DNA of 64,000 nucleotides from an uncultured delta proteobacterium (GTDB taxonomy: Bacteria; Desulfobacterota; RBG-13-43-22), in the NCBI GenBank assembly GCA_963843145.1, contig CAWJJC010000028.1, positions 544,001 to 608,000 on the forward strand, given 5' to 3'. This document shows, one piece after another, positions 19,019-28,978 of the stretch (positions within the stretch are counted from its first letter, which is position 1; each line of letters begins with the position of its first letter). The notes beneath the pieces are model-generated. The model was given only the letters and a program-made list of their open reading frames with translations. It searched no databases and was not told where the DNA came from. A program made the position numbers and the translations under genes.

Positions 19019-20812
19019 CTATTGTTCTTTTTTCCCTAAGATTTGAACTGCAAGGTCATCCACGGCGATCACGCGATCGGAGTTATTCAGGTTGCCCATC
19101 CCATGGAGTCCCAATTCCGGTCCCTGGGCGGAAAAATTATCGAGCACGAATTTGTAGGTCCGGAGGGTGCCTTCATCATACCATTGCCCATCCCCCAGAT
19201 TATAGTAAAGTAATTTGACCAGGTCTTTATTCGCTGGAACGACATTGGCATTGCAGTCGGTGGGGTTGGTCGGATTGGTGCTGGAATCAGAACGCCGTCG
19301 GCATAGGCCGGGTTGAAATCAACTGTACCGGGTTTAAGCTCGGGCTTATAGCGGGAGGTGCAGGACCGATTTGGGTGGAACGATGGACAGGGTAAAGAAG
19401 TCAAAAATTAATATTATGACTGGGATTCTTGGAGTTAGATGGATCGACCACCCAGTAATTCAGAATATTGTGGAAGTAGTGCATCGGACTTATTGCATCG
19501 AGTGAAGCTGAATCCCAGCTTATTAGAGGGCCAGGAAGGGAAAAGGGATGGGTCCACCCACTGCGGGGACATCCTTTTACGAACGGATCCGTGCAGACCG
19601 ATCTGGAGTCCTCTGGGCGTTGTAATAGGGCGAGGCATCCCCGTAGAAGATATTGATTTCGTTGACCCTTTGGCCCTGAACGAAGTTTTCCTTAACCCGG
19701 ACCAACAGCAAAGAGTCATCGTTTAACAGCCCATCCACATTATCCTGGGCGCCCAGGACCTTGGGATCGTTTCCCAGTCGGGGGTTGGGATAGAGGGCCG
19801 GGGTGCCCAGGTCGGCATAGGCCAGCCATCTCCGGTGTTCCGCCCCTCCTACAACCCGCTGCTCCCAGAGGACCAGCAACAGATGATTCGCCAGCCCCGG
19901 GGGCTTGATACTGTTGGGAATGAAGTCGTAACCGGCACCGCAGCCGGCGGCGGAATAGGTATAACGCATGAAGGATAACCCGTACCCCTCAAATTTTCCT
20001 GAAACCACCTCGTGCCAGCGAAAATTGAGTCCGGAAACCGCCGCTGACAAACCCATGTACCAGCCCATCTTGGCTTGGATATCATAGTTGACGTGGTTGT
20101 AGTCGTTCCAGGACCTGGAGGAGCGGTTGGTACATATTGGCGTCTGCTTGTCCCACATGAAAGCCGATGTTGCATCCCGGGTTGTCCGCGTCGGGCACCG
20201 GATAGGTCCCCGTATTGGTAAAGGCGGCCCAGTAGAGGTGGAATCCCCCGGTGGCCACGTAGTACGGATGCGGATCATGGTGTGATTATCGGCATCTTTG
20301 AGGCCCGCTTGATTAAACCAATTGAGGTTTTCAAAGGTGGTATTGGACGCCTGCTGATTGAACGGTGGCTCAGCCCGGAAAAAACACGGGTTATTAGGAT
20401 CGGACAGGCTGGGATCAGCACACGAGCGTACCTGGGCCCGGGCCAGTTGCAGCCCATCGTTCCCGTTGACCGTGCCAATAGAGGTGACATCATAATAGGC
20501 CGTCCCGGTAGGCGGGTTTAATTTGGAGGCGGTAAAGCTGAATTGCCCGCGATTGTTATTGAGGGTGAAGGTCCGGTTATGGAGGGTGGTCAGATCAGTG
20601 GTGCAACTCGGATCATTTCCTGTAAGGCAATTGGCCGCATAATTCAATCCCGTCTGGGCCAGTTGGTAGGCTCGGTTACGGTTATTTTCCGTCAATTCGG
20701 TGTAGGCGGAACTGGTGGTGAAGGAATAGATGGCGGCCCCCATACCGCCCAGGGCCAGCATGATAAAGATCAAATAGATGAGGGCAAATCCTTTTGGGTT
20801 GTTACGATCCAT
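19019..20812 (-). CDS. Large PilX-like protein with extended C-terminal domain, putative tip adhesin (cassette B); multiple frameshifts
   Basis: KGFALIYLIFIML...NRAYQLAQTGLNYA; last frame reads GPELGLHGMG...VDDLAVQILGKKEQ* ending at 19019. Confidence 0.6.
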
Positions 20813-20878
20813 GTTCCTTCTCCCCTTTTATTTGGGCGTGCATCCCCTTTCGGCCTTTTTCAGCCGGTGCATCGCGGC

Positions 20879-21400
20879 TCAACTCTGTAAGGCCACGCGG
20901 GTAGTGAATGTACGGGTTACATTCACATTCGGCCCTCTCAGACTGAGGGAAATTTGAATAATCCGCAACGCCAGGTCGGTCCCGCCTCCGAGCGTGGTTC
21001 CGCCGGCATTGAGATAGGTAAACTGGAGGCCGTTGCCGATAACCAGGTCGGCTAAAGGCTGGTTGTCCAACCGCAACTGGTCACCCACCTGGCTGAAGGT
21101 ATGGACCTCATTGGCCCCTCCGAAGGTGGCGGTGTAGGTCAGGCTGCCGGCGGTACCGGCGGAAATATCATAGCGCGACCTAATGCTCCGTTGTAAGGGG
21201 ATGTTGCGACAATTCGATGGCCAGGCGATCCAGGGCATTTTGTGCTTTTTGGGATATTTGGCTGTTTTCCCGGGCAAGATTGTAGCCGTCAAAGGCCCGC
21301 TCAGCCCAAAAGATCCCATGAGGGCCATAATGCCCAGGACGACCATCACCACCATGATCTCGATCAGGGTAAAGCCGCGTTGGGATCGAATTAAGTTCAT
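20879..21400 (-). CDS. Minor pilin, PilW/MshO-like (cassette B); compensating frameshifts
   Basis: RGFTLIEIMVVMVVLG; alternate frame gives QKAQNALDRLAIELS. Confidence 0.75.
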   Translation of the reverse strand: MNLIRSQRGFTLIEIMVVMVVLGIMALMGSFGLSGPLTATILPGKTAKYPKKHKMPWIAWPSNCRNIPLQRSIRSRYDISAGTAGSLTYTATFGGANEVHTFSQVGDQLRLDNQPLADLVIGNGLQFTYLNAGGTTLGGGTDLALRIIQISLSLRGPNVNVTRTFTTRVALQS

Positions 21401-21853
21401 AGAACTTCCTCGATAACATGTAAAAAGTCGTGTTAACTGGTACCCCGGGCGAGTAGGGCTGACCATGGTTACTTTTAGTATCCGCTCTGCACCGGCCACC
21501 GCGGGCTGTTCGTTTCCTCCGCCGTCAAATCGTGATAAATATATTTTCCAGTACGGCATAAACGCCGAAGTTGTTATTGAAGGAAGACCCGGCCGGACCA
21601 ATACTGGCGGAAAGGGCATCCAGGTTCGATTTCTTTTTATCCAGGAAGGGCCCGGTAAGCCCCGTTGATGCTTTCCATGGCCCGTTGCAGCGCCACAGCG
21701 TCCTGAAGCCACTGGGCCGGCCGGTGGCTTTCGGTGATGCCGGATTGAAAGTAGGGCAGGATCATGACCATGATGATTCCGGCGATGGCGATGGTCGCGA
21801 TGAGTTCGATGAGGGTGAAGCCCTGGAATTGAGTTTAACCGTCGCTTTTTCAT
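21401..21853 (-). CDS. Minor pilin, PilV/MshD-like (cassette B); frameshifted, 3' end approximate
   Basis: GFTLIELIATIAIAGIIMVMILPYF recovered after a frame change; C-terminal ILKVTM...LTRLFT. Confidence 0.65.
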
Positions 21854-22316
21854 GGGATAAATCCTGTCTCTGGGGTGATGGTGATCGCCGGTCAGCTCCA
21901 TAAACCGTAATGGGTTGGGGGCGCTATCGGGCTGCCATTGGCAGCAATCGGTTGTCCCCGGAAATTGAACCGGATCAGGCCGGTTCCGGCGGTGACCGAG
22001 ACCCCGGAGGGCAGGGTATAGGTTTCCTGAATTAGTGCCGGGAAGGTTAACTGCCGGGTTGGGCACTGCCTCCATTTCGCTGAATCGTATAGTTAGCGGC
22101 GGTAATATTCAAACTCCACACATTCCCCGGCAGGTCACTCATAGCCTTGGATTGCGTGAACCTTAAATTGGCCTTCAGGGCTTCCGCTTCGGCCAGGGAA
22201 TTAAACCCCCGGGGGTTTCCCATGGCAACGATGGCAATCCCCGCTAATATACCCAGCAGGGCAATAACCGTCAGCAGCTCAATGATGGTGAAACCTGAGT
22301 TATCTCTAAAGGACAT
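21850..22316 (-). CDS. Minor pilin, FimT/GspH/MshC-like (cassette B); frameshifted
   Basis: SGFTIIELLTVIALLGILAG, LKANLRFTQSKAM, IRFNFRGQP, ITITPETGFIP* across frames. Confidence 0.7.
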
Positions 22317-22641
22317 GGTGACCCGCAAAATAGTATTATTCTTTACTATTGATCGTGAAATTCCGGGAAAAGTTTAATTTTTTCTTTGAGTAGGCCCAAA
22401 AAAAAGCCATTTCGGGGTCCTCTTTGGCCAACCCTTTGCTTTTCCTTGACAATATGCCATAATTGTCTTAACCTATTGAATATGTTTATTTTATTAATAA
22501 TAAGGCCGTATTGGGTTAACCTATTTTTTTCTTGCAATGCCGGTTCTTTTTGATATTAATAGATATTCAAAAGTCTTTCCGGTATCAGGTTTCATTTCCA
22601 AAGATTGAAAACCTCTCTAAGGGTGCTATTTAAAAGTTTTT

Positions 22642-22855
22642 GTCATTCTGAGCGTAAGCGAAGAATCTTGTGCCTTTAGTAAGTTACAAGATCCCTTTCA
22701 GCGCTTACCCTGATCCAAAGACCTAGACCTTTGCGGAGTTTACCCTGAACCGAAAATCGAGATCCTTCGCGGAGTCTACCCCGCCTGTGGCAGGGCTCAG
22801 ATGACAGGAGGCGAAGGGCTGGGGATGATATAAACGAGCTTTTTGCGAATCCATC
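22642..22855. repeat. Nested GTCAT-type palindromic repeat cluster
   Basis: GTCATTCTGAGCGTAAGCGAAGAATC..., GATCCTTCG...ATGAC, and a CTTTTTGCGAATCCATC end. Confidence 0.6.
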
Positions 22856-22910
22856 AGGTTTAATACTCGTTCCCGTGATAAGCCATCGGCTGTAAAGGAA
22901 AATCGGACTT

Positions 22911-24668
22911 ATGCCGTCTGGAAAAAATCAGTGGGTTGGTTTGGACATCGGCACTCAGTCCATTAAAATCATTACTTGCGAAAAAAAGAGGGGTCGTTGG
23001 CTCCTAACGAATTACCAATATCACCAAACCACCGGCAACTGGGACGATGACCCTGTAGGGTATGAGAAGTGGGTTCAGGAGACCTTAAAGAAATCCATTA
23101 ATCAAATGGGGTTGGCAGGGGCCTTGGTGAGCAGCCCGCTTTCGGGAACCCAGGTTGCTCTGCGGAAGATGAGTTTCCCGAACATGCCCCTGGAAGAGAT
23201 CAAGGAGGCCGTTCGTTTTCAGGGGAAGGCGGCCTTCCCTTTTTCTCTGGACAACGCCGTCGTGGATGCGGCCTGGGCGGGCAAGTCCCAGGAACAGAAG
23301 GAATCCCAACAGGATGTACTGGCCGCTGCCGCCATCCGGGATTTGGTCGACCAACGGGTGACCTTGTTAAAAAGTGTGAATCTTCTTCCCTCATGCCTGA
23401 GCTTGGTTCCTTTGGCCCTGAAAAAAACCTATTTTCTCAACTCCGGTCGCCCAACGAACGAATCCGTAGCCTTGATTGATATTGGCGCCCATGCCAGCAC
23501 CATTGCCATGATTCAAAACGAGGAGGTGGTTTTTTCCCGGGAGATCGGCCTGGGTGGAGGGCATTTCACCGAAACATTGATGGACCTTTCCCGTTCGGGC
23601 CAATCCGGGAAGCCCTTATCTTACGAGGAGGCGGAACGGGCCAAAATAATTTATGGTATCCCCGACCCGGGCCTGGAGCAGGAACAGACCGAAGAAGGGA
23701 TTCCACTTGAAGGAATTCGGGACGGTTTGATGCCGGTGGTTGACCGTTTGATCATGGAGATCGACCGGTCTTTCGGCTATTACAAGACCCAGTCGGAAAA
23801 TCAGACCATCGATCGCATCTTCTTGTCCGGCGGGGGGGCGTTGCTCAAAGGATTGCCTAAGGCCCTGGAGCGCAGTTTTAATATACCCATCGCCGAGTAT
23901 GATTTCTGGGAAAATCTGGATATCGGCCCGGAGATCAACGGCGAGGTCTTTGGCCGGGAATATCCGCTTTTCATCATTGCCATTGGTTTGGCCACCGATG
24001 ACCGACCCGCCATCAATCTTCTTCCCTTTGCCCCCAAATCTTCCCGGCAATCCTATTGGGAGACCGGGAAGAAAGCCCTGGCTTATGGGGTCCTACCTGT
24101 TTTATTTACCGGTTTTTTGGCCTACCAGGTTCTAAGCGTGCGATCGGATTTGGCCCAACTCGATAAAAAGATTGCCACCCGAAAAGGGGAACTGACCCGT
24201 TTAGACAAGGCCCAACAAGAATTGGATAAGCTCAGACAACAGGAAGTTGAACTGGACCAAAAACTAAGTGTCTATCCTCCTGAAATGGTGGAAAAAACCC
24301 CGGTTCAGGAGACCCTCAGCCGGATCAGTCAAAAAGTCCCCCCCAATATAACGCTGACCAGCTTTTCATTGATCATGGATCCGGCCAAAGAGGGGAAGTC
24401 TGCCGAAAAGAAGGCCAACGAAGAGGAAAAAGGAATAAAAACGGAGAGGAGTCCTCAAGGAGGCCTTCGGCCGAAAGGTGGGGGGAATATCCAATTGAAA
24501 GGGATAGCCTACGGACCTGGTGACGAGGTTCTCCGGTCGCTGGAGGCCTTCAGCCGCGGTCTGGAAACGGTGGATTCTTTCAGCGGGGTTCGATTGGAGG
24601 ACGTCAAGCGGAACGATACGTTTAAAACTCCGGCAGCGGATTTTTCCCTGTCGGTCCGAATCAACTAG
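22911..24668 (+). CDS. pilM: PilM-like actin-fold protein fused to a PilN-like domain
   Basis: VGLDIGTQSIK, ALIDIGA, LSGGGALLKGL; internal INLLP, TM helix, coiled coil and ferredoxin-like C-terminus. Confidence 0.8.
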   Translation: MPSGKNQWVGLDIGTQSIKIITCEKKRGRWLLTNYQYHQTTGNWDDDPVGYEKWVQETLKKSINQMGLAGALVSSPLSGTQVALRKMSFPNMPLEEIKEAVRFQGKAAFPFSLDNAVVDAAWAGKSQEQKESQQDVLAAAAIRDLVDQRVTLLKSVNLLPSCLSLVPLALKKTYFLNSGRPTNESVALIDIGAHASTIAMIQNEEVVFSREIGLGGGHFTETLMDLSRSGQSGKPLSYEEAERAKIIYGIPDPGLEQEQTEEGIPLEGIRDGLMPVVDRLIMEIDRSFGYYKTQSENQTIDRIFLSGGGALLKGLPKALERSFNIPIAEYDFWENLDIGPEINGEVFGREYPLFIIAIGLATDDRPAINLLPFAPKSSRQSYWETGKKALAYGVLPVLFTGFLAYQVLSVRSDLAQLDKKIATRKGELTRLDKAQQELDKLRQQEVELDQKLSVYPPEMVEKTPVQETLSRISQKVPPNITLTSFSLIMDPAKEGKSAEKKANEEEKGIKTERSPQGGLRPKGGGNIQLKGIAYGPGDEVLRSLEAFSRGLETVDSFSGVRLEDVKRNDTFKTPAADFSLSVRIN

Positions 24669-24726
24669 ATTCTTACAGCCAAAAATATTACAAATATTTT
24701 TGGCTAGGGTTAAGGATTTTTATTCC

Positions 24727-25335
24727 ATGGTTCTAAAGACCCGCGAAAAGATTATGATGGCCCTGGCCGCGGCTGTCGTCCTTTATTTTGCTGTCGACTT
24801 TTTGGTCTTGGGGCCCATGCAAAAAGGAATAAAGGCAAAACAGGACCAATTGAAAGGGTTGCAGGAAAAAATGACGGCGGTGACCGCTACGCTACCGGAG
24901 TTAAGTGGGTTGAGGACTCGGTTGGAGAAAAAAAAGCGGTTTTTGGATTCGGCTAAAGAAAAAGTAACGGGCAAAGACCAACTTCGCGTATTTTTGGACC
25001 AGTTGGCCGCGGAAAGCGCGCGCCTTAAGTTGGAAATCAATTCGTTGACCATCGGTCGGGAAACGGATGTGGCGAAATCGGAAAAGTCGTCGACCCCTCC
25101 TGAGGCGGGTAGCAAAGGGTCCGGCCTTGGAGGATCGAAGTTCAGAAAGGTAATGACCGAACTGAATTTGTCCGGCTCCTACGAAGGGGTTATGATCTAC
25201 CTGGCGGAAGTCGAGAAATTGCCGCTGTTCATGGAAATGGATCAGGTCCAAATCGTGGGAAATAAAGATGGGCTGCCAAAAGTGCAATTGTCGATCCATC
25301 CGGGTTTTTTGATGAAGGCGGAAGAAAAGCTGTAG
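24727..25335 (+). CDS. pilO: PilO/GspM/MshJ-like protein
   Basis: LKTREKIMM plus TM helix and coiled coil; LSGSYEGVMIYLAEVEKLP. Confidence 0.75.
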   Translation: MVLKTREKIMMALAAAVVLYFAVDFLVLGPMQKGIKAKQDQLKGLQEKMTAVTATLPELSGLRTRLEKKKRFLDSAKEKVTGKDQLRVFLDQLAAESARLKLEINSLTIGRETDVAKSEKSSTPPEAGSKGSGLGGSKFRKVMTELNLSGSYEGVMIYLAEVEKLPLFMEMDQVQIVGNKDGLPKVQLSIHPGFLMKAEEKL

Positions 25336-25384
25336 AAAAGCGGTGGTGAACATCGAACATCGAACATCGAACGTCCAACATCGA

Positions 25385-25840
25385 ATGTTTAAGAGTAAGA
25401 TTATCGTCAATCTTCTCCTGATAGCGGGCTTTTTATTTTTATCAGGGATTGGAAAACCTTGGGCCGCCTCCGAGGAGAAGGGCGATAGATCCCTTTCCCC
25501 GGGGGGCAGAAACCCTTTTGCCTATCCGGCTAAAATTCTCAAAGAAATGACTCTGGCTAAGAAACCGGAGGGAAAACCGGGGGTCGAGGTCCCCCCCGTC
25601 GCCAAGATGTATACCTTATCCGGCATCCTCTGGACCGACAGGGGCGGGGTGGCCTCCATCAACCAGCGCATCCTGCGGGAGGGAGAAACCCTGGACGAAT
25701 ATAAGGTGACCCGAATAGAACCCGGGAAGGTGGTTTTGAAAAAGAGTGACGAAGAGCTGATCCTCAACCTGTATCAGAGTCCGGTGGTCATCACCCGGCA
25801 TGGAGATCGTTTCCAATCTAAATTTAAACGAAAGAGATAG
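25385..25840 (+). CDS. PilP/GspC/MshK-like protein
   Basis: RNPF, LSGILW...ASIN..ILREGE; start placed after the heptamer repeat. Confidence 0.65.
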   Translation: MFKSKIIVNLLLIAGFLFLSGIGKPWAASEEKGDRSLSPGGRNPFAYPAKILKEMTLAKKPEGKPGVEVPPVAKMYTLSGILWTDRGGVASINQRILREGETLDEYKVTRIEPGKVVLKKSDEELILNLYQSPVVITRHGDRFQSKFKRKR

Positions 25841-25872
25841 CGGCTAAGACCAGATGTCCGGGGCGAGTATCC

Positions 25873-26080
25873 CGAAGCATGAAAATTTATGTTTATTCAA
25901 TTTGTTTAGGTCGTCATTCCGGCGAACGCCCTTCGGCTAGCTCAGGGCCATGAGCATTGTCGAATGGCCGGAATCCAGGGCAGTGAAGGTCCTGGGTCAC
26001 CTGGATCCCGGATCGAGTCCGGGATGACGGCAAAAACAAAACGCCTAAAAAGCGGTGATCAATTCTATTTTCGTATTAAT
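25873..26080. repeat. Composite repeat with a CGTCATTCCGG...ATGACG REP doublet (25912-26029)
   Basis: Same family and flanks as 13365-13540; an extra hairpin is inserted in the first REP. Confidence 0.7.
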
Positions 26081-26130
26081 TCTGGTTATTGAAATCTGAA
26101 TTCCGTTGAAATAAAAGGGAGGGGTGCCTT

Positions 26131-27899
26131 ATGCGCCGATTTTTTATTTTCGTTTTCCTCGCTTTCTTGTGGCCGGCTGCGTTGATCCTCTCCGGTTGCA
26201 CGATCGATTCTAAGGTGGCCCGTATCCCAAAACCACCACCGGCTCTCAACCCTCCCCCGATTCAAGCCCAAGCCCCGGAGTTGCCTTCCGAACTGCCGGC
26301 ATTGCAGTCGTTGCCCAAGCCCAGCGAAATGGAAGGGGAGGTTTTCAAGGAGCGGCTTTATTCTCTGTCCTACCGGGATGCCGAAATCCGGGATGTGCTG
26401 ATGGCCTTTTCCCGGGAAAGCAGCTATAACATCATCGTGGACCCGGAGGTCACCGGAAGGGTCACTGTGGACCTGAAACGAGTGACGATGTTTAAGGCTT
26501 TGAATTCATTGCTAAAACCACTTGAATTGGAATATGAACAGGAAGGGAATTTTATTAAAATAATAAAACCCAAGATGGTGACTCGGGTCTATGATGTTAA
26601 CTATTTAACGCAACTAGATCTGGGAAGTCTTCAGTGGTCGGTTCATCTACGGGCTCAACTTCGACCGGTACTACGACTTCATCGGGGACTACTACTTCCG
26701 TTACTGGTAGCGCCTCATCTTGGTTAGTAAGCGAGGATAAAGCTGATTTTTGGGAACAATTAAAGGGCGAAAAAAATAAAGATGGTGAATATGTAGGAGG
26801 GATATCGGAACTACTTACTAAATCGAAGGTTAGTGAGGCGAAAGCGGATGCATCAACACAGCCAGGGTCTCCAGCGACGACGGGTGCCAGTGGAAAACAA
26901 CCGCGAGTGAAATCAGAACAAGGAACGATGGTTATTAACCGAACTACTTCAACAATAATTGTTACAGATTACCCAAAAGTGCACCAAGCGGTAGAAAAGT
27001 ATTTGAACAGAATTATGGGGGTGTTAAATAGACAAGTCTTAATTGAAGCCCAAATAATTGAAGTAACGTTGAATGATAACTATCAGCTAGGAATTGATTG
27101 GCGTTTTTTACCTCAGATGACCAATGCCGGTTTTGGTTGGACGGCCAGTCAAGGTGTTTCCGGAACCTCTGGAACTATTCCCAGCAGTTGGGCTGTTCCG
27201 GCAGCAACCACCGGGGTAACGGCCGGAATAAGCACATTGGCTTTTACTAGTATGGTAGATGCCTTATCTCAGCAAGGGCACGTAAATGTGATTTCCAAAC
27301 CAAGGGTCTCCACCCTGAACAATCAACGGGCCGTTATTAAGGCGGCAACGGATGATGTCTATTTTGAAATTAGTATCAGCACCAGTACCGGCGGTCCTCC
27401 CATAATAACCGCAACGCCAAGGGTGGTTACGATTGGTGTAGTCCTGGATGTAACCCCTCAGATCGACGCCGAGGGAAATATATTATTAGATATTCAACCA
27501 AGTGTTACCGAAGAAGTTTCGCGTCGGACCCAGCAGGTTGGGGTGTCAGGGACAACGCCGATCCTGACGGAGGCACCAGTGGTATCGGTGCGCCAAGCCC
27601 AAACAGTAGCCCGGGTTAAGGATGGCCAGACCATCGTTATCGCCGGTCTTTTAAGAGAGCGGAAAAAAAATGTTGATACGGGAGTTCCAGGATTGATGGA
27701 AATCCCATTGTTGGGTTATTTATTTAGAAATACCCAAGAAGTCAAAGAAAAATCTGAGTTAGTATTTCTTATTACTCCGCATATTCAGAGTGGGCCACAG
27801 ATTCTAGATTTTACCCGCCAGGGTCTGGACCGTGCCCGGGATTTACAAAAGAAGAAACGTTTGGATGAAAGGGTATTTTGTCCCACCTGTCCTGAGTAA
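26131..27899 (+). CDS. mshL: Lipoprotein secretin, MshL/PilQ/GspD family; frameshift near 26610
   Basis: LSGC lipobox, STN domain, Ser/Thr-rich linker, QVLIEAQIIEVTLND, GVPGLMEIPLLGYLF, KSELVFLITP. Confidence 0.8.
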
Positions 27900-27973
27900 T
27901 TTTTCTTATTTATGGTTTTTTGTTCAAAGGGTAGAGAGATATTCTCAGAATGAAATATGTAAGAACTTAATCT

Positions 27974-28978
27974 ATGATCGCCTCCAAGATTTACCAGGAC
28001 TTTTACGGCCTTCGAGAGAAGCCTTTTAATCTGACTCCGGACCCTAAATTTCTGTGCCTGACGGAGAAACACCAGGAGGCCCTGGACCACTTAACCTTTG
28101 GCCTGGAACAGAAAACCGGGTTTATTATGCTTTTGGGGGAAGTGGGGGCCGGAAAAACTACCGTCTGTCGGGCTATGTTGGAAAAACTGGATGAGGGGTA
28201 TGCGGCGGCTTTGATCCTCCACCCCTTCCTGGCCGAAGAAAATTTGCTGGAGACCATTCTTCGGGACCTGGGGGTAATTCCCCGAGGGGAATCCAAAAGG
28301 GAATTGCTGGAGCAGTTGAACGCCTTTATCCTGGCTCGAAAAGTGGAGGGGAAAACCGTAGTACTTATTTTTGACGAGTCCCAGAATCTCAGCCCGAAGG
28401 CCCTGGAAGAGATTCGGATTTTATCTAACCTGGAGACCGACAAGGAAAAATTGCTGCAGATCATCTTGATCGGCCAGAAGGAACTGGAAACCAAGTTAGC
28501 TCGCCAGGAATTGAGACAACTCAATCAGCGAATCGGTGTCCGTTATTATTTGTACCCGTTGACCCGTGAAGAAACGGGCCACTATATTGCCCATCGATTG
28601 CAAGTGGCCGGCGACCAGGGCAGGATTCATTTCGCTAGAGGCGCTGTTCGGGAAATCTATTCCTTTTCCCAGGGCATCCCCCGCCTCATCAATTTAGCCG
28701 CCGATCGCGCCCTATTGGCCGGTTATGTGAAGGGAACCAAAAACCTCACCCGGGAAATGGCCAGGAAGGGTATCCGCAGTTTATCCAACCGGCCGGATCC
28801 CCAAGCAAGACGGTTGCCGCAGGAATCGTTGACCCCGGCTTCTCTTTTGATTTTGGCGTTTATCATCCTGGGGGGATTTTTTCTGCTCTGGGCCTTAAGC
28901 CACTATTGGGAGTGGTGGGAGGCCCCGAATCAATTTATTCTAACCATTCCGGCGGGGTTGATACGGGAGTATGCATGA
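27974..28978 (+). CDS. ExeA/MshM family AAA ATPase
   Basis: YGLREKPFNLTPDP, GEVGAGKTT, DESQNL, GIPRLIN. Confidence 0.9.
   Translation: MIASKIYQDFYGLREKPFNLTPDPKFLCLTEKHQEALDHLTFGLEQKTGFIMLLGEVGAGKTTVCRAMLEKLDEGYAAALILHPFLAEENLLETILRDLGVIPRGESKRELLEQLNAFILARKVEGKTVVLIFDESQNLSPKALEEIRILSNLETDKEKLLQIILIGQKELETKLARQELRQLNQRIGVRYYLYPLTREETGHYIAHRLQVAGDQGRIHFARGAVREIYSFSQGIPRLINLAADRALLAGYVKGTKNLTREMARKGIRSLSNRPDPQARRLPQESLTPASLLILAFIILGGFFLLWALSHYWEWWEAPNQFILTIPAGLIREYA

Noticed and set aside
20879-22075. 398-aa ORF as a single protein
   Set aside because: It is a chimera of three frameshifted pilin genes with out-of-frame stretches
15210-22316. Shufflon or diversity-generating retroelement acting on the pilin genes
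   Set aside because: No recombinase or reverse transcriptase, and no sfx-like sites or template/variable repeat pair seen in the window
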